Part shown: in pieces, positions 35,662 to 48,152 of the stretch
How positions within the stretch are numbered: position 1 is the stretch's first letter
Layout: each line of letters begins with the position of its first letter
From: Macrostomum lignano
Lineage: Eukaryota
Length of the DNA: 64,000 bases
Direction of reading: 5' to 3'
Assembly: GCA_002269645.1 (NCBI GenBank)
Contig: NIVC01000441.1
Location: 124,001-188,000 of the forward strand
Position numbers and translations under genes: made by a program
The notes under the pieces: generated by a model
Databases searched by the model: none
What the model was told of the DNA's origin: nothing
Seen by the model: only the letters and a program-made list of their open reading frames with translations

Positions 35662-38293
35662 ATGTCTGAGAGCTCCTGTTTTGTGGCCGAATTCGCCTAT
35701 GATGCAACCGAGTCAGACGAGCTGACAATCGAGCCGGGCGACATCATTCTTGACGCACAGCCGGCCAAAGATGACGGCTGGATGACTGGTCGAAAGGAGT
35801 CTTCGGGCAAGTCTGGCCTGTTCCCTGACAACTTTGTTGTCGAGTGCAGCAAGGCAGCGCTGAAAGTGCCTCACCAGCGGATTCCGGCTGGTAAGGCACT
35901 CATTTTTTCAGTTGCTTTTATTTAGAAAATCTGCTTTGCTAATAACTGATTAGATGGCGAGGCATTTCGTTTTCGGCATTCGTTATAGTTACTCTCGCTG
36001 TTTACCCACTGTGCATCGTAAATAATTTGAACTTTCGATACATATCCGGTTAAAAAACTTTTCAATCTCACAGGCGCGTCTGTGTTTGTTGCCAAGCGCG
36101 GCGATCAGCAGTCGACTGTGTACGCCGGGAAACAATACGGCGGCCGGGTTGTCGTGCCCAACTCCTGTCTGGACTTCAGCGGCAAAGCCGCCGCTGCCGC
36201 CCATCCGGCCAATCCTGGCGGCGGTGTCGGCGCAAAGCAGCGCGCCAGTCACATTGTTGGCGGCGTCGGGCTGGGCAATATCTTCGCTGGCGAGCCCATC
36301 ACTCTGAAGCGAGCCGAGGACCAGCGCGCTGGAGTTGGCAAACCTGCTGCGCCGCCGCCTCAGCAGCCTCAGCAGCCTGAGGACCTCGTTCAAGTCCAGT
36401 TCAAATACGAGGCCACCAGTCGGGACGAGTTAAGCCTGGAGCCCGGCCAGATTGTCCGAGTCTTGAGTCGCCAAGTCGAGGACGAAGGCTGGTGGCGCGG
36501 CGAAATCGACGGCCGGGTCGGCGTCTTCCCGGACAATTTCGTTGTTCCGTACAAGCCGCCGGTGCCTCCGCCCGCTGCGGCCGTCCGCCCTGCGCCTGCC
36601 AACCTCGTTGAGAGGCCGCTGCCGCCTCAGCCTGCCGTCAAGCCCTCGCCGCCGCCGCCTACGCCGCCCAAGGTCGGGATTAAGCCTGGCCTGGTGAGTC
36701 TGCATCCATCTGCGTTATAGAGATCCTTCCCCAATCCCACAGGGAACTGCTGCACATTTCCCAATACCACAAGGAACTGCTGCACATTCCCCAATACCAC
36801 AAGGAACTGCTGCACATTCCCCAATACCACAGGGAACTACTGCACATTCCCCATTACCACAGGGAACTGCTGCACATTCCCCAATACCACAGGGAACTGC
36901 TGCACATTCCCCATTACCACAGGGAACTGCTGCACATTCCCCATTACCACAGGGAACTGCTGCACATTCCCCAATACCACAGGGAACTGCTGCACATTCC
37001 CCATTACCACAGGGAACTGCTGCACATTCCCCAATACCACAGGGAACTGCTGCACATTCCCCAATACCACAGGGAACTGCTGCACATTCGCCAATCCCAC
37101 AAGTATATTAGTCTTAACTATCTACGTAGGTGTTGCAAAACCTAACCCGGTGCCCTCACCCAAAAAATACATCAGCTGCAATTCCAATGCAATTTCCAGC
37201 GCCCCGTGGCTGACCCGGCTCGCAATGGACCTGATATGGTATGTAACAATTGAAAATTAATTTTTTTATTTTTAACCTTTGCGTTAACTAGTGCAGGCAA
37301 AGGGGGGCCGTAGCCCAGCGGTAGCGCAGCTGCTCTGGTGTGCCAGCGACCCAGGCTCGATTCCAAGTGCAGTCACATTAATTTGGGGCTGAATTGGAAT
37401 CTCGGCTTGGCTCTGCTCGATCAATTAACGGCCTTGAGAGCCAACCCCCCAAGGCGCAGTGAAGTGTACATGCCTAACGATAATATAAAGTTAGGGCCGC
37501 TGTACACTCCTGTGTGAGTGTGTGCCTGCGTACGTATCCGCGCGCTTGTATGCCTGCTCAGGGGAGTCGGCGGAATGGGCAGCAATGCCTCTCGCCGGTT
37601 GTGTGCCTATGTCGCTTAAAGTGCGCCCGGGTGCACACAACCCCCCTGCCTCTAATAAAAAAAAATAACTAGTGCAGGCATGGTTACGAAATAGCATACG
37701 TGGTTACGTAATAGCAGGCATGGTTACATAATAACAGGCATTGTTTCGTAATAGCAGCTGTGGTTACGTAATAGCAGGCATGGTTACATAATAACAGGCA
37801 TTGTTTCGTAATAGCAGCTGTGGTTACGTAATAGCAGGCATGGTTACATAATAACAGGCATTGTTTCGTAATAGCAGCTGTGGTTACGTAATAGCAGGCA
37901 TGGTTACGTAGTAACAGGCATGGTTGCGTAATAGCAGACATGGTTACGTAGTAACAGGCATGGTTGCGTAATAGCACTATTATGAATCGACTCTCTCCGC
38001 AGGCGGAGCCCAAGCGTTTACCTCCAGCAGTCCCGCAACCAGCCGACAGCGTCTCGATGTCAGTTGACTATCAAGAGCAGCAGCAGCGCCTCCGCGACGA
38101 GATTGAACAGCTTAAACAGCAGGATGAGGAGCGGCGTCGGGAGCTGCAAGATTTGCAACGGTTCAAACGGACCGCCCAGCAGGACATCGCTCTGCTGAAG
38201 GAGGATCTGGACCAGATGTCTAAGAAATACATGGCCGTGACGGTGGACTTGGACCGGCTTAAAAAGGATCTGCAGGCCCTGGCCGCTAAGTAA
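35662..38293 (+). CDS. CD2AP: CD2AP/CIN85 (SH3KBP1, cindr)-family adaptor: 2 SH3 domains, Pro-rich region, C-terminal coiled coil
   Basis: Exons 35662-35890, 36074-36693, 38003-38293, phase-consistent. Two SH3 domains (AEFAYDATESDEL...DDGWMTG...GLFPDNFV; VQFKYEATSRDEL...DEGWWRGE..GRVGVFPDNFV), the family linker motif GVGLGNIFAGEPITLK (CD2AP GIGFGDIF.EG.VKL), a PxxP-rich segment and a terminal coiled coil. Confidence 0.85.
36727..37100 (+). repeat. 30-bp minisatellite CCCCAATACCACAGGGAACTGCTGCACATT (CD2AP intron 2)
   Basis: About 12 units. Confidence 0.95.
37300..37665 (+). mobile_element. tRNA-derived SINE family B, full length with poly(A) tail and 15-bp TSD, in CD2AP intron 2
   Basis: Head GGGGCCGTAGCCCAGCGGTAGCGC...GGCTCGATTCC, tail CTAATAAAAAAAAAA, exact TSD TAACTAGTGCAGGCA at 37285-37299 and 37666-37680. 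Confidence 0.85.
37681..37975 (+). repeat. 21-bp subunit / 63-bp higher-order minisatellite (TGGTTACGTAATAGCAGGCA) before CD2AP exon 3
   Basis: Repeating 63-bp block visible at 37681-37880. Confidence 0.9.
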
Positions 38294-38489
38294 CTGTGTT
38301 CGAGCCATTTTTTACTGACAGTTGCTTCTTTTAATAACTTTCTTTTTTTCTAAAGTTGCTGTGCTTATTGTGGAGTTTACTAGATTCAGCGCTCAATTAA
38401 TTAGTTGTGACAAAATCTAACTATACTCGATCAGTTTAGTCAAGTAAACAAGCTTATTAAACAACTAATCTTATAAATTTTAGTGCGAT

Positions 38490-39090
38490 CATTTCTAAGA
38501 AATCTGTTATAACAGCAGCTGCCATTGTCAGTCTGTGGGGAAGGGGTTGTTGGTTTCCAAGAAATCTGTTATAACAGCAGCTGCCATTGTCAGTCTGCGG
38601 GGGTTGTTTGTTTCTAAGAAATCTGTTATAACAGCAGCTGCCATTGTCAGTCTGCGGGGGGTTGTTTGTTTCTAAGAAATCTGTTATAACAGCAGCTGCC
38701 ATTGTCAGTCTGCGGGGGGTTGTTTGTTTCTAAGAAATCTGTTATAACAGCAGCTGCCATTGTCAGTCTGCGGGGGGTTGTTGGTTTCTAAGAAATCTGT
38801 TATAACAGCAGCTGCCATTGTCAGTCTGTGGGGGGTTGTTGGTTTCTAAGAAATCTGTTATAACAGCAGCTGCCATTGTCAGTCTCCGGAGGGGGGTTGT
38901 TTGTTTCTAAGAAATCTGTTATAACAGCAGCTGCCATTGTCAGTCTGCGGGGGGGTTGTTTGTTTCTAAGAAATCTGTTATAACAGCAGCTGCCATTGTC
39001 AGTCTCCGGAGGGGGGTTGTTTGTTTCTAAGAAATCTGTTAAAACAGCAGCTGCCATTGTCAGTCTCGGGGGGATTGTTTTATTTCTATG
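38490..39090 (+). repeat. ~59-bp minisatellite TTTCTAAGAAATCTGTTATAACAGCAGCTGCCATTGTCAGTCTGCGGGGGGTTGTTTG
   Basis: About 10 units. Confidence 0.95.
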
Positions 39091-39614
39091 AAATCTGAGT
39101 CCTTTCGGAGCCAAGAACCGTTAGCACCGAGATTTTATTGAAGGCCTGTGTGATTTTTCAAGCCACGGCACCATCCTATTGTGAATTATTTCTTAAAAAT
39201 AGGTACTCGATATTAACTTCGATATTGTAGACTTATTTGTTTTATTATAACTTTGTTAATTGAAGCTGTTAATTCATGTTTAAAGTAATTTGGATTTCCG
39301 ATATCAATTCCTAATGCCAGTTATTAGTTGCACTTGATAACAAAATGCATAGCAAAATGCTCATTCTCGAAATCCTGCACGCCAATCTATTGGTAGGCTT
39401 GATGAATTGGCAGAAAGTTGCTGCTTTTATAATCTTCGCGCTGCCCTTAACCTTATCGAATTGTGCTTTTTTATTTCCCGAATACATAGCATGCCAAATT
39501 GTAATTGACCACATTGATTTTGTCAAAAATCACTTTATTTATATTGTTAGTAGTTATGCTTTTTAATTGTATCTCGAATGTTTTACTCCTCAAATTACCT
39601 CTTTAATTTCTATC

Positions 39615-40650
39615 TACCAATCTATGGGTCTCAGACACCAGTATATGGGTGCTAGACACCAATATATGGGTCTCAGGCACCAATCTATGGGTTCTAGACA
39701 CCAATCTATGGGTGCTAGAGACGAATCTATGGGTGCTAGACACCAATTTATAGGTCTCAGACATCAATCTATGGGTCTCAGGCACTAATCCATGGGTTCT
39801 AGACACCAATCTATGGGTCTCAGGCACCAATCTATGGGTGCTAGACACCAATCTATGGGTCTCAGGCACCAATCTATGGGTTCTAGACACCAATCTATGG
39901 GTCTCAGGCACCAATCTATGGGTGCTAGACACCAATCTATGGGTCTCAGGCACCAATCTATGGGTGCTAGACACCAATCTATGGGTCTCAGGCACCAATC
40001 TATGGGTGCTAGACACCAATCTATGGGTCTCAGGCACCAATCTATGGGTGCTAGACACCAATCTATGGGTCTCAGGCACCAATCTATGGGTGCTAGACAC
40101 CAATCTATGGGTCTCAGGCACCAATCTATGGGTGCTAGACACCAATCTATGGGTGCTAGACACCAATCTATGGGTACTAGACACCAATCTATGGGTCTCA
40201 GGCACCAATCTATGGGTGCTAGACACCAATCTATGGGTCTCAGGCACCAATCTATGGGTGCTAGACACCAATCTATGGGTCTCAGGCACCAATCTATGGG
40301 TGCTAGACACCAATCTATGGGTCTCAGGCACCAATCTATGGGTGCTAGACACCAATCTATGGGTCTCAGGCACCAATCTATGGGTGCTAGACACCAATCT
40401 ATGGGTCTCAGGCACCAATCTATGGGTGCTAGACACCAATCTATGGGTGCTAAACACCAATCTATGGGTTCTAGACACCAATCTATGGGTGCTAGACACC
40501 AATCTATGGGTGCTAGACACCAATCTATGGGTACTAGACACCAATCTATGGGTCTCAGGCACCAATCTATGGGTGCTAGACACCAATCTATGGGTGCTAG
40601 ACACCAATCTATGGGTACTAGACACCAATCTATGGGTCTTAGACACCAAT
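39615..40650 (+). repeat. 21-bp minisatellite with 42-bp higher-order alternation (CACCAATCTATGGGT + GCTAGA / CTCAGG)
   Basis: About 49 units with alternating variants. Confidence 0.97.
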
Positions 40651-41619
40651 CCAGCCAGAATGATATTGTCCCTCACGTTCCCATTAACAGCCAGCGACCC
40701 ACTATATTGTTGGTTAATTAAAATCCAGGTGATGTTCTCATGCCCCAGTTAATGAGCTTTGCGCGTAAATTAACAACCGCCACGCGGCACTATATTCACT
40801 AATTTCTGAGGTTTAAACTGTCGGTGTGTCTAGAATATGTACAGAACCCAATGCCTAATAACGTATTTAATGTTTAAAGTTTCCCGTCCTGCTGTCATTT
40901 GGTACTGCATACTTGTGTGTGCCTGTTTTAATGTTATTTTCATTTTTCAAAAAACACTTTTCCAACAAATCTGTTTTTGGCAGCACCGGCAGAGAAGGGA
41001 CTACCTTTTTTATTTTTGCTTATTTTCCACACGGACCAAACGTCATTTTAGCATCTTTGTATTAATTACCGACCTACTTCCAAGTGTCTGTTGATAGTAA
41101 GTTGATGATATTTATGATACTCAAGTGCCTGCACTGTAATTAGGTAATTAATACGCGTGTGTGTAATTTTATTATAATTCCATTCACACACGGACCCTTT
41201 ACTCTAGCATATTAATTAATGTAGACATGTTTGCTAAAAGCGAAATTTTCCTGCTCACCTTTAATTTACAATAATAATTCTGAATTGTAGAACACCGGAA
41301 CAGACCCTCTATACATTCCCGAAGAAATAAGCCGGCTTATTTATTTCTCATTATCGACACTATTATTCATTTATATACTTGTTACCACTACGACCTTTAA
41401 TATATAAAATAGTTTCGAATAAATCAACGATATGTCGTTTCTCGTATCATTCCTTCAACTGCGTATCTATATAAATTATGCGAGCCTATATATATATATT
41501 TATACAGCAGATCAAGCTTACTAAATTATACAGGCTAATTGTTGCCTCGTCATTTCTTTGTGCGCAAACAGAATGACAGTGGAAGGCAAAACATGAAATC
41601 AGCCTTACTTGACCTCTTC

Positions 41620-42240
41620 CTAGCCAACACCCCACAGTCTCAGCCAATGTACACTGTCTCCTAGCCAACACCCACAAACTAAGCGAATGTACACTCTCTC
41701 CTAGCCAACACCCCACAAACAGCCAATGTACACTGTCTCCTTGCCAACACCCCACAGTCTCAGCCAATGTACACTCTCTCATAGCCAACACCCCACAAAC
41801 TCAGCCAATGTACACTCTCTCCTAGCCAACACCCACAAACTAAGCGAATGTACACTCTCTCCTAGCTAACACCCCACAAACAGCCAATGTACACTGTCTC
41901 CTTGCCAACACCCCACAGTCTCAGCCAATGTACACTCTCTCATAGCCAACACCCCACAAACTCAGCCAATGTACACTCTCTCCTAGCCAACACCCACAAA
42001 CTAAGCGAATGTACACTCTCTCCTAGCTAACACCCCACAAACAGCCAATGTACACTGTCTCCTTGCCAACACCCCACAGTCTCAGCCAATGTACACTCTC
42101 TCATAGCCAACACCCCACAAACTCAGCCAATGTACACTGTCTCCTAGCTAACACCCCACAGTCTCAGCCAATGTACACTCTCTCATAGCCAACACCCCAC
42201 AAACTCAGCCAATGTACACTGTCTCCTAGCTAACACCTCT
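41620..42240 (+). repeat. ~39-bp minisatellite CTAGCCAACACCCCACAAACTCAGCCAATGTACACTCTCTC upstream of TCP11
   Basis: About 16 units, with a recurring four-unit block. Confidence 0.9.
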
Positions 42241-42406
42241 GTATCTCGTGAACATGCAGACGATCACTCCCCCACCGTATAAATTCACTCCCCACAATGT
42301 ACACTAACTTCTTCACAATGTACACCCACTCTCCACAATGTACACTTACTTCCTCACAATGTACATTCAGCTCCCCACAATGACGCTGTTCATGTAAAGC
42401 CGCAGC

Positions 42407-45400
42407 ATGAGCGACAAAGCTTCCAAAGATTCAGCCGGTGACAATCGCGAAGCCTCAGAAGCCAAACCAATCGGCGACGGAAGTGGCGGAGGCGGCAGCG
42501 GCCGCGCCAGAGAGCACAGAGACTCGGAGAGCAGTACAGATCCCCAGCACCGGGATCAGGCGCAGGCAGCAAGTCAACCAGACGATCGGCGGTCGCCCCG
42601 GTCGCCCCGATTTGTCAATCCCGAGCAGCAGTTCGGCCGCTCACCAGACGTTTACGTGACCCTGGAGAAACTCATGGAGGCCCAGGAGGCGTTCAATAAT
42701 CTGGTGCTGGCGCACGAGGTCGCTACTAATGATAATTTTCGATTCGAACCGCCGGCCACCTCCGCCTCTGAGGCATCGTCGGCAGCTTCGTCTGGTGGCG
42801 CGGCGGCGGCGGTGTCGGCAGCGTCACCCGAGGAGGAGCTCGAGCGTCGGGTTCGCGAGACAATGCACCGCGCCTTCTGGGACGTGCTGACCGAGAATTT
42901 GGCCAAGACACCGCCGGATTACAGTCAGGCTGTGACGCTGATCGGCGAGATTAAAACTATTTTGCTATCGCTGTTGCCTAATAATGAACGGGCACGTCAG
43001 CAGATTGAAGAGGTGCTGGATTTGGAGCTTATCAGGCAGAAGGTAAGATTGAGTGAATGTTCGTGCGTATGTTTGTTGTAATTTTATGGTCAGTGCTTGA
43101 AATTCCGGTGGGATTTGGTGGATTTCGGTTACTCATAGCCCAGATTCCGGTTAGTCATATGTGAGATTCCAGTTAGTCATGGATGAGATTCCGGTTATTC
43201 ATAGATGAATTCTAGTCATTCATGGGTGAGATTCCGGTTAGTTATAGATATGAGATTCCATTTAGTCAGATGAATGCTAGTTAGTCATGGATGAGATTCC
43301 AGTTAGTCATGGGTGAGATTCCGGTTAGTTATGGATGAGATTCCGGTTGGTCATGAATGAGATTCCGGTTAGTCATGAATGAGATTCCAGTTAGTCATGG
43401 GTGAGATTCCGGTTAGTTATGGATGAGATTCCGGTTGGTCATGAATGAGATTCCGGTTAGTCATGAATGAGATTCCAGTTAGTCATGGGTGAGATTCCGG
43501 TTAGTTATGGATGAGATTCCGGTTGGTCATGAATGAGATTCCGGTTAGTCATGGGTGAGATTCCGGTTAGTCATGGGTGAGATTCCGGTTAGTCAAAAAT
43601 GAGGTTTCGGTTAGTCATGGGTGAGATTCCAATAATGTGTGAGAGATTCCGGTAAATAGTATTCATTGCTATACTTAGCAACTCGACAAAAACACTCGGG
43701 CTGCAGGTGGAGCACGGTGCATTCGACATCAACTACTATTCGAACTACGTGCTCGACCTGATGGGCAAAATGTGCGCCCCGGCTCGGGACGAGGCCATCC
43801 GAGCGTGCGCCGCCATCCAGGAGCCTGTGGCCCTGTTCAGGGAGCTGTTCCGTCTGCTGGACCTGATGAAGCTGGACATGGCCAACTTCACTATGCAGCA
43901 GATGCGCCCCTATATTCGACAGCAGGCTGTGACTTACGAGAGAGAGAAATTCGAACAGTTATTGGCTTCGCAGGTACAAATATTGCTCATTAAATTGTGA
44001 AATCTAATTAATTAGCTAAGGCTTAGTGCCTTCGGACTTCAAATTCGGAATTTAGCTGTAACAGTACTGCCATCTGGCTGTAACAGTACTGTCATCTAGC
44101 TGTAACAGTACTGTCATCTAGCTGTAACGGTACTGTCATCTAGCTGTAACAGTACTGCCATCTAGCTGTAACAGTACTGTCATCTAGCTGTAACGGTACT
44201 GCCATCTAGCTGTAACAGTACTGTCATCTAGCTGTAACGATACTGTCATCTAGCTGTAACAGTACTGTCATCTAGCTGTAACAGTACTGTCATCTAGCTG
44301 TAACGGTACTGCCATCTAGCTGTAACAGTACTGTCATCTAGCTGTAACGGTACTGTCATCTAGCTGTAACAGTACATTCAATAGCGTGCCTACATCTATT
44401 TTATTATATTCTATCCCACTCAAGGCTGCCGTAGGCGTTGATGGGCTTCGCCGGACTCGAGCTTGGCTGTCCGAGTCGGCCGCTGCCCTGCCAGCCGCTG
44501 AACGAACGCCCAGCCGCGTGGTGTCCGAGGCGCTGCTCCGTCTAGTAGATTGGCGGCAGTCGCGGCCACAGCCGGAGGCGGACTGGTGGCCGGAGACGCT
44601 GGTAATGGACGCGCAGAAGCTGGTGGGCATCCGGGATCGGCTGGCTCAGTTGCACTGCGTCTGCGCCTGCGTGCTGCTGGCCATGGGCGCGCTGGGCCAG
44701 CGGCTGCCCGAAGATCGGAGGCCGGCGTTTAAGGTAGGGGGCTAGGTGTTGCTATGTTAATCGTGCTGTGCTGCCATATTCTACCCATGATGAGGATCGC
44801 CCTAATCCGCTCCGTACTTAAAAGCACCGCCACGCTCCTTAGTCAGTAGCAGTGATTTTTTAGTAACAAATTGCCTTCATGCTTTAGGAATTGCCCTGAT
44901 CCGCCCGCCCCCTTAATATCCGCCCTCATTAGAATCTCCCTAATCCGCCCCATTAGAATCACCCTCATCCGCCCCCATTAGAATCCGCCCCATTAGAATC
45001 TCCCCGATCCGCCCCCATTAGAATCTCCTCGATCCGCCCCATTAGAATCCCCCGATCCGCCCCATTAGAATCGCCCCGATCCGCCCCATTAGACTCCCCC
45101 GATCCGCCCCATTAAAATCGCCCTAATCCCCTAATCATCGCTCTAATCCCCTAATCATCGCTCTAATCCCCTAATCATCGCCCTAATCCCCTAATCATCG
45201 CCCTAATCCCCTAATCATCGCTCTAATCCCCTAATCATCGCTCTAATCCCCTAATCATCGCTCTAATCCCCTAATCATCGCTCTAATCCCCTAATCATCG
45301 CTCTAATCCCCTAATCATCGCTCTAATCCCCTAATCATCGCCCTAATCCCCTAATCATCGCCCTAATCCCCTAATCATCACCCTAATCCCCTAATCATCG

Positions 45401-46000
45401 CTCTAATCCCCTAATCATCGCTCTAATCCCCTAATCATCGCCCTAATCCCCTAATCATCGCTCTAATCCCCTAATCATCGCTCTAATCCCCTAATCATCG
45501 CCCTAATCCCCTAATCATCGCTCTAATCCCTAATCATCGCTCTAATCCACTGTCAGGCCCGCGCCACAGCAGCCGCCGCAGCCGTCCTGGCCGACTGTCC
45601 GGCCGACCGTCTGGACTCGGCGGCCGCCGGCTTGGCCGACACTCTGGCGAAATCGGCAGAATCGGCCGACTACCGAGTCAACGACAAGGAGTGCCAGCTG
45701 CTGACCGCCCAGCTGGCCGACCTGCCGGTGCACGCGGCCGCCCGCCTGCTGCACAGCCGCCTGATGGACTTCCTACGCGAGGGCCTCCAAGACTTGCAGG
45801 CCAGGCAGGTCCGCCTGCCAACCGGCTATTCAGCCGTTGAAGCTGAATTAGCCCAGGTGGCCGGCGCTTTCCTGCGGCTGTGCGCGCACAATCGGGCCGT
45901 GTTCGGCCAGCTGTACGACAAGCTGCTCATGCCGGACGGTCGGGCTGGACAAGCTGCTGAGGGGCAGGAAAGCCGGGGAGAAGAACAGGGCTGCAACTGA
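42407..46000 (+). CDS. TCP11: T-complex protein 11-like (TCP11/TCP11L/SOK1 family), ~551 aa
   Basis: Exons 42407-43042, 43707-43973, 44425-44733, 45557-46000, all phase 0. Motifs LVLAHEVATNDNFRF, VRETMHRAFWDVL, EVLDLELIRQK|VEHGAFD, MGKMCAPARDE, LMKLDMANF, YEREKF, WPETLVMD and HNRAVFG.LY are characteristic of TCP11. Confidence 0.92.
43105..43635 (+). repeat. ~21-bp minisatellite GAGATTCCGGTTAGTCATGGAT (TCP11 intron 1)
   Basis: About 24 units. Confidence 0.9.
44053..44375 (+). repeat. 22-bp minisatellite CTGTAACAGTACTGTCATCTAG (TCP11 intron 2)
   Basis: About 14 units. Confidence 0.95.
44930..45548 (+). repeat. Compound minisatellite: CCGCCCCATTAGAATC.. units, then 20-bp CTAATCCCCTAATCATCGCT (TCP11 intron 3)
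   Basis: Two adjacent arrays running up to the acceptor at 45556. Confidence 0.95.
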
Positions 46001-46840
46001 TATTGCTGCATCTAGTGTTGCTCAGTCGTGGTGTACCGAGACTCTTGGGTAAAAACATTAGCTCTATAAGCGCTTATGCTCTAAGATGCCATATGCGCTG
46101 TATAGTTGTGCTCAGTCACAGACAAACACCCTGCCTCACCTCTGGTGCTGGCGCCTCTTGTGAAATAATACATCGCCCAGTCAAATAATGGCTGTTTTAA
46201 CAATCACTATATTCCTAATTTTCCATATAGAGTGAGAACAAGCAAGTAAGATCTGTCATTGTTGTCATTTTTTGGGCATAAGTATTATATTATGTCAGTC
46301 GAGCGGAAACTTCGGTAAGTAAGCTATAGGCTGAAAATGTATACTACTGAAAATGTACCTTTGAGACGTCTCTTGTCGCTGCAGTTTAATTAAGCGATTA
46401 ACTGTTGTTTATTGTGTTTAATTTAAAGTTGGTCATTAAAAAACCTCAACCATAAAATCTGTGCGCCACTTTGATGCTCTTGGGTTAGTTAAAATTGTAA
46501 CCTTTTTTACCTGCGCTTTTGAAGTAAACACTGGCGCCTTTCCAATTGCTCTTCGCTGGAGTATTAGTGGAACGCGTGCATTATTTGTTCTTTCATCACT
46601 AAGCTTTTTTCCTGCATTAACACTGCCGTTGAAAACGTTACCGTGCTAAAGAGTCGTTGCAAACAACTCACTAGCGACTCTGGCCACTCTTGTGACTTTT
46701 TAACGACTTTTGAGTCATGAGCGCATCACGTGAGTTGCAGAATTGTAAAATAGTCGCGGGAAAAGTCGTCCAAGCGTCGTTGTGTTAGCGCTTATCTTTC
46801 TACTAACTCAAGTAGACTAGCTAGAGTTTTCATAAATACA

Positions 46841-47055
46841 GTTTAGTGGTTAGAACGTCGGACTCACGACTTGAAGGTCAGGGGTTCGATTCCAATCCCA
46901 CTCGGAACAATGTGCGTCCTTGAGCAAGACACTTAACCCTGCATTGCTGCAGTTCACCCAGCTGTAAAATGGGTGCCAGCATTAGCTGGGTTAATTGAGG
47001 CTGTGTGTGGCGACCGCCCAGTCCTTGGACTGAACAGCCGTACGCAGCCTTCAGC
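46841..47055 (+). mobile_element. CORE-SINE family A, 3'-truncated copy
   Basis: Aligns by eye to 3925-4135 (tRNA-like head, CORE, GGCGAC...CCAGTCCTTGGACTGAACAGCCGTACGCAGCCTTCAG). Confidence 0.85.
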
Positions 47056-47664
47056 CGTAAGACTCTTAGGCGAATTTTACCGCGACATCTCGTCGTTTTA
47101 GAGTCGTCTAAAGTCGCTTCTTTCTTATTTTACCTGTGTTATCTGCAACGACTCTGAGATGCTTCTTGGCCTGGATTACCGTTTTCATCGGCACTGCACC
47201 TCTCCCGTCTCTCTGCGCTCTGAGATCACTGTTTGTGCTGTTTTGTCATGCTTTATACCTCTCCAATGCTTTGCAAGGCTGAGAAATGATATAAAACTCC
47301 TCATTGGTTAAAGATTAACTTTTTTGTACAAAGTTTGTGCCGTTGTGTGTTTTTGTAATATCGTAGATCTTGTTTTTATTCTAATGTAATATTTAAATAC
47401 CGCTTTTAATACATTTCTGCTTGACTGTGCTTATTAGGAACTGGGTTTATTTTAGCTTCACTGCTTGGGCTATGAGAGTTTTCTGTATTGAGTTGAAATT
47501 GCTTCTAATAGTAAAATTTAGGTGTTATGTTGACGACTACATTGATGTTTCTTTCTTATACTTTTTGTACCTGTGCTTTCAAACCCTTTCCTGCAGGATT
47601 TCAAATCATGTGTGTTTCAATGTGTGTTAAGGGTGAGACTTTCATATTTTATAGTATAGGTTTC

Positions 47665-48045
47665 CAAAGACTCTCACATTCCAAGGTTGAGATTTCCAAA
47701 GACTCTCACATTCCAAGATTGAGATTTCCAAAGACTCTCACATTCCAAGATTGAGATTTCCAAAGACTCTCACATTCCAAGATTGAGATTTCCAAAGACT
47801 CTCACATTCCAAGGTTGAGATTTTCAAAGACTCTCACATTCCACGGTTGAGATTTCCAAAGACTCTCACATTCCAAGGTTGAGATTTCCATAGACTCTCA
47901 CATTCCAAGATTAAGATTTCCAAGGACTCTCACATTCCAAGATTGAGATTTCCAAAGACTCACATTCCACGGTTGAGATTTCCAAAGACTCTCATATTCC
48001 AGGGTTGAGGTTTCCAAAGACTCACGTTCCAGGTGTGAGAATTCC
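47665..48045 (+). repeat. 32-bp minisatellite CCAAAGACTCTCACATTCCAAGATTGAGATTT
   Basis: About 12 units. Confidence 0.95.
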
Positions 48046-48152
48046 AAAGACAAGATTCTTATTTTAGAGGTGAGAATGAGACAGAAAGACAAATTGAAAG
48101 GCATTCAAATTTATACCATTCAATTTTTTATAGAACTCTGCTATCATCATTA

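Noticed and set aside
37130-37235. Extra CD2AP exon (AG|GTGTTGCAAAACC...ATG|GTATGT)
   Set aside because: The only open frame needs a phase-1 entry and phase-2 exit, whereas the flanking exons are phase 0.
39603-40752. 300-357-aa repeat ORFs on both strands
   Set aside because: Translation of the 21/42-bp minisatellite.
45110-45548. Interstitial telomeric repeat (CCCTAA / TTAGGG; also in 9480-10400)
   Set aside because: The hexamer occurs singly within longer units, never as tandem (TTAGGG)n.
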